DNA of 62,408 nucleotides from Perkinsus olseni (Eukaryota): NCBI GenBank assembly GCA_013115125.1, contig JABANN010000144.1, positions 1 to 62,408 of the forward strand, read 5' to 3'. Shown piece by piece: positions 51,201 to 62,408 of this stretch (position 1 is its first letter; each line of letters starts with the position of its first letter). The notes under the pieces were generated by a model. It saw only the letters and a program-made list of their open reading frames with translations, ran no database searches and was not told where the DNA came from. The position numbers and the translations under genes were made by a program.

Positions 51201-54200
51201 GCCATCGGTCAACTGTCAGAAGAGTAACGCTCAATACGGCCCTCTCTGAGGTCAGTTCGGACTTACACATTTTTCCATCAACCCACCGAGGACGTTGGAC
51301 GGTAGCTTCTCAGCAGCGCAAGGTACGAATTCGTAAAACTTCTTCAAGTGCTCCGGGGTCCAACCAGTGGCGGACACTGACGCCTGAGCCATCACAGTGA
51401 ATAGTGTGAGCTACGAGCGGGCTACTTACTACGCATGCCTTCGCTACGATGTTGCACAAGAGCCCCTTCAAGTCTGTCTCGTCCACACTGGCCTTCGGGT
51501 CTGGTACTGTCTGACCGTTCGGTTTACTGGGCAATAAGAAGGGCTTCAACACACATTCTAGTAAAGCCAGGGCTGCCGCGTATCTAAGGTCGAAGCATGC
51601 TATTCATGGAAAGCATGCTGCGACCTACTCTTTGATGCTGAGATCATCTCGCTCCAGAAGGGTGGCAGCCACTCGAACGGCGGTCGAGTGACGCATCGCA
51701 ACTTCAGTATCCGGCATGGACAGCATAGTGCGGAGAGAGCTCAAGGCGTAGGTCTGAGGGCGCCATGCCGGACTCTGCTGAAGGCCAGCGTTGAGGCCAC
51801 ACCTTTGACTTGCTCAGTATCATATTGATATCATCTCCATATGCCTCAGCATCCTCTTCAGAAAGCCTCTCCCATACGGCGCGGTATCTACCAACATTCA
51901 GTGGTGGTGGAAGGCAGCCGCAAGTGTTGTGCTGTTTACGCGTTGATGGGGACGTCGCCGGCGTTCGGGCCCATGCCGACAGTCCGGTAGTGTTGGCATA
52001 GGTCAGTGCATTCAAGCTGGGGCTCTTGCTGCAATACGACCCACAGGTGATAGAAATACTCTGATTAAACGAGCGTAACCCGAAGGTCCCGGGATCGATC
52101 CTCGCACCTGCCAATGTGTCCGCTTGATTCCACACCACCATTCGACAAGCCTGTGAGCTGATGCCGCTGTTATGGTTCACGCTGGCCACAACACGCGAGC
52201 ATACCCGCCTCGCCAGGAGCTCCAGAGCGGCCGAAGCACACAGCTGCAGATAAGGCGATGGATAACTAAACGGAAAGGATGAGGGACCATACTCCGGCAA
52301 GGCAATGCTACTTCCACATCAGCTTGATAGCCTCCACAGCAGCACCGAGGTGCTCTGGATGATGGACCAGGAAACTGTTGCTGGCACTCTCCACCATTTG
52401 CTAATAATACCCAGACTACACCTCCTACTACTACCATCGAACGGTGAGGACTCACCTTTATTAGGTAGGCTGTCTGGCGGTGCATCTCGTAGACCGACGA
52501 CTGCGATCCTGTTATGGAGGCCTAAGGAGAGAGCAACTCCACCAACACGCAAAGGAATTTCACCATGGCAGAAGATAAGGAGTTGGCGTGAAGCCATAAC
52601 GTTAGACAATCCGCGGTCGTGAAAGCCTCCCGTCCAGAGGGACACCAGGCTGGCGAGAAAGAGAGCAGCTGTTGTATTCGTTATGACATGAATCTCTCAT
52701 TTCCGGTAGCCGTTAGTATTACCACATGGACTTTTTCTGACAGACTGCATATGGCGAGTATCAAACGGCCTAGCTCAGCCTCACTGCATGGTCTCATAGT
52801 CTCCGGCAGAGCCACTGGCCGAGGCTTCGAGATGTTCCTGAGAGCATTACCAGCATCATCATTATCCGTAGTTCTTCGGCAACATGCTTCGATCCATTCC
52901 AGTAGAGGTGCCGACAGAGACTCACGGACCATCACGATGGCGGCGAGGAAAGAACGAGGAGCTGCGACGACTTACTCCGCAAAGACCTGAAGAGTCGATA
53001 TAACCTCAAGTGCCAAATGGCGGTCAGTGGTGTTGGCCAGGATGTTCATCAGGTACACGTCAATTTCCAAGGTTAAGAGAAAATCACAACGGCGGAACAT
53101 CACACCTGAAACGCACAGGAGAGTGGCAGATCGTCAACCAACATAAAATGAATATGACCAAAGATTCCGAACGACGATAGCAGGTCACCAGGGCCACCTA
53201 TGGCCCCGGGTTCGAATCCCAGCCGCGGTATCTCTGTTTGTCAACTCACATAGGGCTCGAAGCATTCGGACTGTGCTGAGGCTGAACTGAACTCGGTCAG
53301 GGAAGGCAGAGAGGAAGTGCTGAAGCATCTCGAAGAGTATTGGCTGGAACTCGGAGAATCCCACCACCTGAACGACAAAATCGTCAAATCGATCTCAAGG
53401 TACTCGCTGATGGAACCCGTCTACGACGTTCGCATGCCTGAGAATAGCTTTGCTGTCACTACAACGGTGCAATTCTTAGGGGTGTGAAGTGAGCATAGAG
53501 ATCCCGCTATGGCTTGCCCCAGTTTACTATGGCCTTCCGGCGATTGGCCGCCAAAACGTATCCTTCCTTCTCATCGGTGGCCTCCGCCAACTCGGAGACG
53601 AGGTCGATGGTGAAGCCTGCGGGAGGACAACAGGACCGTACAATAGGAAGCATCAGAGCCGGCAGTACAGGCCTGATCACAGTCGTTTGCAGCAGCCGCG
53701 CTGTTGCCAAGAACGGTTATTATGTCCGTCCATGCTGAGGGCCAATCTCGAATGCAAATCTCTACTATCACCGACAGGAGCTTGCTCCGCAAGAACCTTC
53801 GACATAGAGTCACCATCATCACCAACCTTCGACCACTACGGCGGATCTACTTCGGTATCGGGGCCTTGCCAGACATGCCACTGTTCTCCAACGCTAAAGC
53901 AGCGTCCTGTAGAGTGCTCCTGACCGCGTCTTTCGATGCCTCGAAATAGCGCCCTCCATTGGGACCATCAGCGGACTGACCCCACCGTCTGAAGGCAGCC
54001 AAGGTTGAAGCTGGCTCGCGACGGACTGGTGAATCTTTACTTCATAACACCTTCTCGTACGAGGAGATTGAGAGCCTCCATTCCGACCTGCGGGGGATAT
54101 CGTCCGAGATCGGATATAATTACGCAGACGCTCTCCAGCATCAATGGACCTACGACGATGATGAAGACTTCGCATTATACATCCCAAGTTCGGCACGCAG

Positions 54201-54604
54201 GCTATAACCGAGTTCACAAACGCCGGCTTTTTCGTGACCATTCATTGCCTTTTCCACAAATATGAACCAGTCTTTTGTAAAATAGTATCACATAATAATC
54301 TTTTATTCATGACATGGGATAATGTTGTACGCTTCGTACCCTATGTTTTACCAAATAAGGCTATAGAGAATCAGCGACTCAGCAGAATGGTCACTATTGA
54401 CTTCTTCACCCCCTTGTTAGTACTTCCCCCGATCTCCGTCAGCTCCGCCATTTTCCTTTCCCTTTCCTCCATGCTGCATCGTGGATCAGACAAGCGCCCC
54501 ACTACAGACACTAGCCGGTTCACGATCTCTTCGACTTGGTTTGACGGACCATCAGAAGACACCAGGGTGGTCCGGATCCCTGCTCCTGATGATGCTACTG
54601 TCAT
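48240..54604 (-). CDS. Large multi-exon importin-beta/HEAT-family protein (importin-11-like); 3' end uncertain
   Basis: Helical N-terminus, LRNYIRSR, KLLSVIVEICIRDWPSAW (karyopherin DW/FP motif), acidic loop DSDDDEEED, many GT-AG introns. Confidence 0.6.
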
Positions 54605-54963
54605 TAAAGACTAGTGACAGCAACACTACAATGACCAGGGTAAACCAGTATCACCACCCTCACTACCACAGGTCACTTAGGCCTTGCGGAATGAAGCGAG
54701 GCAAGGAATTAGACGATGGCTGATTACAAACGGACGAGGGCTTGCGCCGAAAGCTTCAGACGAGTTTCGATCAGTTCGAAAGACTGCCCCCTCCTCCGAA
54801 CTCACGAATGGTTCCACGGTTTAAGCCCACGATTACCTCACTTGAACTCAAAAGCATTCGACCTAACAGCAAACACACGAATAAGAAGACATCTACAAGA
54901 GTCGAACATGATCATCAAATCACACTAATTCATTCCATCACCTCCACCATAGCCGCCGTATCT

Positions 54964-55744
54964 CTACTTCTTTCTCAGGGTTTTGCACATCAAATCCAGC
55001 ATGGCAACAGCACTGCCTGTCTCGTTGTGGGTCTGTTTCGCGTCTCTGTATACCTTTTGGTTTTCGTAGATGTGCTTGTGAACGTCCATCCATATCGCAC
55101 CGCAGTCGGCGTTCTCATCATACATCTTCTCGGGGAGGTACAGGGTAGGGTCATGCTCTGTATTCCCCTCTCGTCTCAACTTCTTGAAGTGCCAAAATCT
55201 GAATGACGGTGATGAGAACCAAACGGCATCCGGCGAAATAGGAAATCTCACCCGTAATCACTGCGCGCCGAGCAGGATACTCTGTAAAGTTCCAAATTCG
55301 ATTTCTCCAAAAGCGGATCAGGATGTTCCAGCATCTCCCAGCCATTCTCTTCTTCTTCCGTCATGGGTTTGGGGTCCTGGTCCACGAAGGTGAGAGAGAT
55401 GAAGCTGTGGGTGTCATATCCTTCAGTCGAGAGTGCCGCCCCGTGTTCTTTCGCTTTATACGGTTTTCTGCTTACGATTTTATGAAGAACACAGAGTCTT
55501 CGTGTTTTGCCCGAGTGATGGAGCAGGGAAGTATGGACCTCACCATCACCCTGAGATGCACGGAGAGGTCAAGTAACTCACGCCGAGACGATGCGCCGGG
55601 CCAGTCCCGAGCCTTTCGATCAGTGATCACCTGCCAGAGAGCCGACTTGGGGTACACTTCAGGATAACGTTCTTGCATGGTGTTGCTCGCGCCGTTAACG
55701 GTACTGAGAAGCGCACCGAAGAGTGTAGCCTTGGGAAGATGCAT
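54964..55744 (-). CDS. Hypothetical, possibly secreted protein, spliced
   Basis: Signal-like MHLPKATLFGALLSTVNG; same-strand ORF segments flanking a GTAAG intron. Confidence 0.45.
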
Positions 55745-57493
55745 AGTGGATGAGAACAGCTGTCTGAGAGCGGCATCTACCAGATGGCAGTGAAGCCCAA
55801 AAGAAGTAGCAGGAGACAGTCCACAGAAGTTTGCCCGACTCCTGTCAGACTTGATAGGACCTCATAGCGCTACACCGGACCTGAGTCAGCAGAATGCGGC
55901 GGCAGTCTTACAGGAAACCCGAAGAGCCTGGAACTGCAAAGCACTCAATCACATCGCGCTCGCCTAGGGCGAGTCGCCTTGTGCATCACGATGCGCCACA
56001 AATTATCTCGCGCGCCCTCAAACTCAATCTATCAGCGCTGTTACTTTTTGAGGGGCAAACCCAAAGAATGTTGATTCCCGAGAAAATGGGATACAATGAT
56101 TGAATTGACGGAGGATTGAATTCAAGGAGTGGATGCAGTGGAATGGATTCTCCCAGCCATAGCTAAATCCTAGTCGGTATTCCGTTCTGGAAATAGACAA
56201 TTGAGCTAGGAAATACGCGTCGAAAAGGGTGACGCACGGTTCCCATAGTACTGTTGTGGTGCCAGGAGACGTAGCTATAATGACACGCATACCGACCGCC
56301 CGCAATCCTGTCCCCTCTTGTGTACGAGTAGACAAAGTCTTATCGTATATTTATTGCTTGGTACGTGTTCCGACCGTACTAGTGCTTGGTATCCGTATAT
56401 ATGCTGGTCCTTGAGCTGTTTGATAAGGTTTGGGCAATCTTACCGCTTCTATAACCTAACACTGTGCCGGGCACAGTGTGCCCTTTCGCACGCAGCGTTC
56501 CTTGGGCGCCCGTCTGCCCCGACTCGCAGGGTGCTTGTGCGCTAGACTGTCCCAATCTACATGCTCCGGTCTCTCGAGGCAGCCTTGGTTCGGTACATCC
56601 CCCCGTGTTGGTGGAACTTTCAATGAGATTGGCGACCTCCAAAGCGCGTTGGTGCGCAATTGAGCAACAGGCGGTCAAAAAAGCTGTGCTAGAGGGGGAG
56701 TGGCTATGAGTCTCGATGAAAGAAGAACTCTCACTGGACGACGCGAATTGCGAGTAGGAAACCGGCCGGTGTCAAGTTGACATTGTCAACCAGGCCTCCT
56801 TAGCTTTAGCCCTGTGTAACCACGCGTGGATAGCTCTCCTGTAGTGCCCATGCTCATTCCTGCGTCACACCTTGTGCTGCAACGCACATGGATCCCTTGG
56901 GCTGTTGCTTCCCCTGGGCTAGCCTTTTCCCTCGACCCGTTACAGACTTGTCTTTCATTTCATGAAGCTTCTACTGTGCTTCCTATCCCTCCGCTTCGCT
57001 CTAGCAAGTCAGAAAGGTAATTGTCGTAGGAAGGTTCTCCGTCTACTGAGTGTCTTGCAGGGGGCGAGTCGAGTGAGAGCGCACCGTCGTCGTCAGACGG
57101 AGGCGAATCGTGCTACTACCATACCAAGAAGGAGCCGAAAAAGATCTTCACGAAAGTGCGTGACAAGTCAAGCCGCATCGGTTCACTCGCGGCCCGTCTC
57201 AGGAGAAGGTTCACACGCACGCGGCCCTGGGCGGCAAACTCTGCACACTTCGCCCAGAAGACCACCGTTTGAATTTCATCGCGGCTTTTATTCACAATGA
57301 CAGCACCGTTACCCTGGATACGTCATCCTGCCCTACGAAAGAGAACAACGATTTCAACCTCTGGTAAGTTCAAGCATCTACGGCACAGATTCTGTAGTCT
57401 GCGAGCTCAACGCTGAACGATAGTGTCGATGATTTTGATGGCCTATGGGACTTTTTCCTCAGGAGATGCCCCGACAGCTGGTTACTCCGCCGA

Positions 57494-58381
57494 GTGCAGT
57501 CAAAGTGTATGATACTTGATGTGAAGAGCCTCCATAAGAGCAAGGGTATGGGGTTCAGAACTCTGAATTCTAATGCCCTCCCCGCGAAGTCCTTCGCGGA
57601 CGTGAAAGCTCGGTCTGACAGCTCGGACAGTCTTGACGAGCTCGATAATTCCTTATCGAATTCATTAGAGTGGAGTCTGGGATCGCAGTCTGATGGCAGT
57701 TTGCCGCCTTCACGTGACTCCACACCTGGCACCCCAGCCAGTGGTGATGAGCTGGACAAGGTGGTGAGCAAATTCATTGGCTACATGAAGCATCGAAGCC
57801 ACCCGTCATCGCCTGCCACCTCACCGTCTGATGAGAGTGGTGGTGAGATACCGATGAGGGATACGGAGGAGCTCGGCGGCGTGAAAATGGAGAAGGCAAA
57901 GAGGAAGGCGTCGAAGAGAAGCTCGTTGAACTCGTTCACTCACAGTCTACCGCTGTTGGAGACGAATTACGATTGGGATGATGTCAGAGAGGCGGTTAAG
58001 AAGAAAATCTCTGCGCCAATACCCATCTCGCCGCCTGACGGGCTGATTGGGGAGATGAAAAAGGTGAAGAAAGGAATTAAGAGGACGCGTTCTCACAGTT
58101 TGCCCAAGATTCTAGAAACCACAGAGAGGACACACAAGCCTAGGCAGAAGATTAGCGACCCGGAGAAGGACACTGCACAAGAGCCGGAGATTGAGTACTT
58201 GAAGATCGACCCGACGAATGATGATGCCTGCACTTCTGTCTTCGTCTACCTTGAATATGTCTTGAGGTGCGGAGTGCCTTTGTACACGCGGGTGTTGGGA
58301 CATCCGCAGATCGTCCCGGCGGAGGACACACCAGCCTACTTCCTGAGGTCCTTCTGTTGCAGCATACTGTTGACGTCCTAA
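57494..58381 (+). CDS. Hypothetical Ser/Lys-rich low-complexity protein (exon)
   Basis: 295-aa ORF with protein-like composition; no recognised domain. Confidence 0.45.
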   Translation: MQSKCMILDVKSLHKSKGMGFRTLNSNALPAKSFADVKARSDSSDSLDELDNSLSNSLEWSLGSQSDGSLPPSRDSTPGTPASGDELDKVVSKFIGYMKHRSHPSSPATSPSDESGGEIPMRDTEELGGVKMEKAKRKASKRSSLNSFTHSLPLLETNYDWDDVREAVKKKISAPIPISPPDGLIGEMKKVKKGIKRTRSHSLPKILETTERTHKPRQKISDPEKDTAQEPEIEYLKIDPTNDDACTSVFVYLEYVLRCGVPLYTRVLGHPQIVPAEDTPAYFLRSFCCSILLTS

Positions 58382-59359
58382 GTGGCGGTAGGGATGGAGC
58401 AATCATCGCTATAAACACGGTGCTGTGATGTGATGATCGTAGTGTTATCAGCAGCCATAAGGATGTGCATGTTTTCGCTGTTGCCGTGTTGTGATGCGGC
58501 GCCTCATGTGTTGCAGTGAGCTACAAGAGCGGTGGTGGCCAGACGATAGGCTAAAAGCTCGGAGATCCGGGAGGGTGGATCTCCGGCAGGGCCCTAGAGT
58601 GGCGAGGACGGCTAGACGTTGTCCACCCAGGCTGGGTGTTGTCAACCCGACACAAAACTGTAGAGATTAATGACTCCGAGCAATGACATCGTGGCTTCAA
58701 CTACGGTGGGCGATTGCAGACCCGCATAACCCGGTTATCGAAGGTACCACACTTTATTGGAGAAATACTGACCGAATATGTAAAGCCACAGGGTGCGCAA
58801 TGCTCTGAAGACCACCAACGTGTATCCTCCGTCCGTTACTAGCGGGCAATTGTCGAGGACGCCCCCAGCTCTAACGGAGGATGACAGCCTCTCTTTCAGG
58901 CCGTTCTCTCAGCTTCAAATCGACCGCATCGAATAGCGCACGATCGGCTGTCGGTCTTTGCTAGGGAACTTCGAGTCCTTCTTGACTACTGTTGATGACT
59001 ATCGGGACAGGACTGTGTCGTCACTGTGCGTATATATTCTCTTAGCTGTGATGGTAGACAGGAGAGTATTTACTGAAGCAGGCAAACAGCAAATAACTCA
59101 ACAGGCAAACTGCAATCCGAATGAAACCGATCATGGTGGTCCCAGGAGAGGCTCAGTGGTGACTCGGATGAGTAACATGGTTCTACAACGACTAAAAACG
59201 CATCAGCGTAATCCCAACGCGGGACGGACGAATTAGAGAAGTCAGGCCAAACGCACAGAATTTGACCCGCGGCCAACAGGTAGCCAGGGCGATCGTCTCA
59301 CTCGCCGAGAGGTAGCCAGCATCGAGACGGAAGCATGCAACACTACTAATAGCAATCAT

Positions 59360-61323
59360 TCAGAAGGAGAAAGAGGCTGATGCTCTCAGCGGGGTATTTA
59401 CGGGAAATGCATCATCATCAACATCATCATAAAGCTGAGTCGGCTGGTGGCTGCTGCTTCTCCCTAGCGAAATTGAAGAGGTGAATGAGTGCACCCTTAG
59501 CACAAGTCTCCAAAGTGCAGGACCCACCACGAGTTCGGGCCCCACAATACTCCCTACAACAAAACAGTCCGTTCCAGAAGGGCTCCCGTCGGGCCATCCT
59601 CACCCAGGTCGGAATATAGATGACAGCAGTTCCCGCTCATGGTCGACTGCATTGTCGTCAACCCGCAGCCACAACGGTGGTCCCTCGATGGCAGACCTAG
59701 ACAAAGTCAGGGAAGGGTACATGATAACGATATCGCCCCGAAACCTACGCCTTTCGATGTCGTGAAGTTGTGGTAGCGGCGGTGAGGATAGCCGATACTC
59801 CTTCGTCGCCCAGGTAGTTGCCGTTGAGATGGAACTCCGTGATCGGCTGCCTGCTAATGTCAAACAACCTTGCCAGCGTATCAGCGCAGCGCTCAGTGAG
59901 CTGATTGTAGGACGCTCGAAGCCTCCTGGGGAAAGCATGCGGCGCCGGATGATTCGACTATAAGTCTCACAGGATGGCGGCACTCTTGTCGAGCTCCTCC
60001 ACGATCCACACGAACTCTTCGTCGGTGAGATCGTTCCGAGACAGGTCCAGATCCAGCAGCGGTGGACATTCCCAAGCCTCTATGTAGGAATCATTGAGCC
60101 ACTTTAACCAGTGGCCTGCATCAATCGAGGTCTCCACGGCAGATCGAGTCGGCAGCCTTACTGATAGCGACGAGCTTCCACTTGCCCTTAGTCCCTGCCC
60201 ATACACCGGCCATCTCTATCCTCAGCTCACCCTCTCCAACCCATCTGACCCTGGTCGCCAGCTCAGGCTGGAGTGGGATGCTAAGACCTGGCGGGGTGAG
60301 CGGAGAGATCCGCACAAAGGGAATCGGCATCCACGGGAAGACATAGCCGGCCTGATGCCACTGGGAAGGATCAACGTATTGGTACCTAACAGAGCCCTCC
60401 TCAGCTTGGCACGGAAAAAAAAACGTACTCCGGCGGTGGGTAGGGAGGAGGCCCCACAGGTGGCCCCACCATGCACTTGTGACGAGCATCATACGACGCC
60501 GAGGTTGACGATGCATGCGAGGCGGCTGGGATGTACCTACCGGAGAGGCTCCGTACTTCCACAATCAGCCAGTCCACTAATTGCACCACCCTTTGGGGGT
60601 TGGCGGCCCTTGCGAGACCTCCTGAGTGACGTCCGTATCGAGCCCATCTCCAACCTCGCTGATGAGGAGCTGCTCAGTCAGGGTATCAACTTCGGCCAGC
60701 CTGGCGTGACTCTCATCAGATGGCTTGTCCTCTTCCACCGAGAGGTCAGTACTAGGGGTTGGTGCATACCCTTCGTCCACTTTCGAGGGCCCTCCTCCAT
60801 CCAGTGCCCCTCCCTTTCCCTTACAAGGCTCAGTGATGTCATGACCTAGCTCACTTGCAGCGTGCAAGCGCTCGCGTCTACGTTGCCGTCTGCGAGCTGC
60901 CCGACTCAGCTGCTTCGTGGGCACAGGGTCAACGCATTCATATAGCCCTGGCAAGTCCTCAGTCCCCACAGAGCGGTCTACTCGCTCAGGCAAACAGGCA
61001 ACGGATGCGGTCGCGGGTTCGATCCCCGCACATGTCACACCAACAGTTTCCAAGCCAACAGTTTTTCCTCTCTTCTTTAGGCGTGATACCCGCGGTCTTT
61101 GACACACAGCGGGAAGTTGAGTCGGCGTCGGTCGGGCATCAACAGAGTCCTCTCGAGTCTCCGACTGCACGAACATCCGCTGGACCGCCACTAGACTCAG
61201 GCCAAGAATCGCCTCGGTCACTGCGAAGTCCAGACCGGCGAGAATCGCTGTTAAAAAGACAGATAGGGCGAAGAGAGCAGCGAAGAAGCGCTCTAATCCA
61301 ATAATGGAGAATATGGTGGTCAT
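59360..61323 (-). CDS. Hypothetical protein with N-terminal TM segments and C-terminal LRRs, spliced; ends approximate
   Basis: LDLDLSRNDLTD, RLRASYNQLTE and EFHLNGNYLGDEG joined across a GTGAGA..CCCCAG intron; upstream hydrophobic ORF. Confidence 0.55.
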
Positions 61324-61888
61324 AGTGAAACGGTGAAGAACAGGGCTAACAGCAGCAGCAGCAGCCGCCGGACAGATCTGCCCTGCGACGAGACAAACAG
61401 CCGAGCTCGGAGGTGCTATACTGAGAACTCGAGAATAAACACATCTAATATGAAAAAGATTCGATAAGATAACACGTTCACCAGGCATCCTCGATACAAA
61501 GGCCAGTACACTCAACAGCAGCAGTACTGAGCTTGCCACCTTGCGGCGGCGTCCCATTGACGCTTTGAGTTCTCAACCGAAGGAGGAGGCTCCCCGTCAC
61601 GGACCTCCAAGCCCTACATCCAGCTAAGGAAGCCTAACACAACACAGCAACTGGATACACCTTGCACAACGACTATCTTTACGAGCCACTGATATGATAG
61701 AAGGATGGGGAGTCTTGACAACCATTAAGGGAAGCCCGGTGAAACCGTGAACAACAGGTTCGAGCAGCCAACTTTGGCTGATTAGGGAACATGAGGAACA
61801 ACGCGCTCTCCTTACGGTCCAGTTTGGAGCAGCAGAGCACTGATAGCAGCAGTAACTCATATAAACTGTTCCTCATAGTGTCACATTT

Positions 61889-62408
61889 TTACAACCCTTT
61901 GCGGGTCTCGTGAGTAAAGTCAGTGAGTCTTCTGGTAACTTCCCTACAGGCCTCCTCACCATCGGACATCCAGGCGTAGCAGAATCTCATCATCCCAGGC
62001 TTGTCCGCAAAGAAGCTGCTGCCTGGCGACACGACCATCCGATAAGGATCCGACTTCAGCTTGTTGAAGAGACCCAATCCATCTTGGTCGTCGGGCTCGA
62101 TGAACTCTGTGAGATCGCACCAAAGGAAGAGGCCAGCATGCGGTTCGAAGTAGGGTATGTTGAGCTTGCCCAATCCGTCACATAAGATACGCTTGCAAGA
62201 CGTCAGACGCTCCCTAGAGATCTGCAGGAAGCCCGCAAGCCACTGCTCATCATTGAGCATTCTGGCGCACACCTCTTGCGCTACTGGGCTGACCATAGAG
62301 AAACCACTATAATGCTTAAACGCAGCATCGCGGACGGTCTCGATGAGCTTCCAGTCCCTCTGTCTTGGGACGTTCATTATCAGACCAACACGCATGCCCG
62401 AGAGGGCC
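61889..62408 (-). CDS. Class I/II PLP aminotransferase, ACC-synthase-like (C-terminal part; truncated by window)
   Basis: GMRVG, PHAGLFLWCDL, VSPGSSF..PGMMRFCYA. Confidence 0.85.
   Translation of the reverse strand, partial: ALSGMRVGLIMNVPRQRDWKLIETVRDAAFKHYSGFSMVSPVAQEVCARMLNDEQWLAGFLQISRERLTSCKRILCDGLGKLNIPYFEPHAGLFLWCDLTEFIEPDDQDGLGLFNKLKSDPYRMVVSPGSSFFADKPGMMRFCYAWMSDGEEACREVTRRLTDFTHETRKGL

Noticed and set aside
59930-59970. Apparent stop codons in the LRR gene (pseudogene?)
   Set aside because: Explained by a GTGAGA..CCCCAG intron

Overview
Gene-dense eukaryotic DNA with many short (about 45-135 nt) GT-AG introns. The gene style suggests a perkinsid alveolate such as Perkinsus (inference only). 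Recognisable genes: a NUDIX hydrolase, two tandem ELO fatty-acid elongases, ARL1, a pepsin-family aspartic protease with a decayed tandem copy, a MORN-repeat protein, a divergent Sec61-alpha, tRNA-Ile(UAU), C1D/Rrp47, a RING protein, an RRM/RS protein, two tandem membrane-anchored class-3 lipases, an importin-beta-like gene, two LRR genes and the 3' end of an ACC-synthase-like aminotransferase. Two observations stand out. (1) A full-length, single-ORF ingi-like non-LTR retrotransposon (23000-27143, minus strand) has an 11-bp target-site duplication, a (GAGTC)n tail and an HDV-like ribozyme fold starting at its first nucleotide. (2) At least six spliceosomal introns in four unrelated genes carry different tRNA 3'-half-like sequences (T-arm/B-box plus acceptor strand), in either orientation, sometimes abutting or supplying the splice site. 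Exon boundaries were read by eye, so gene ends are approximate where stated.
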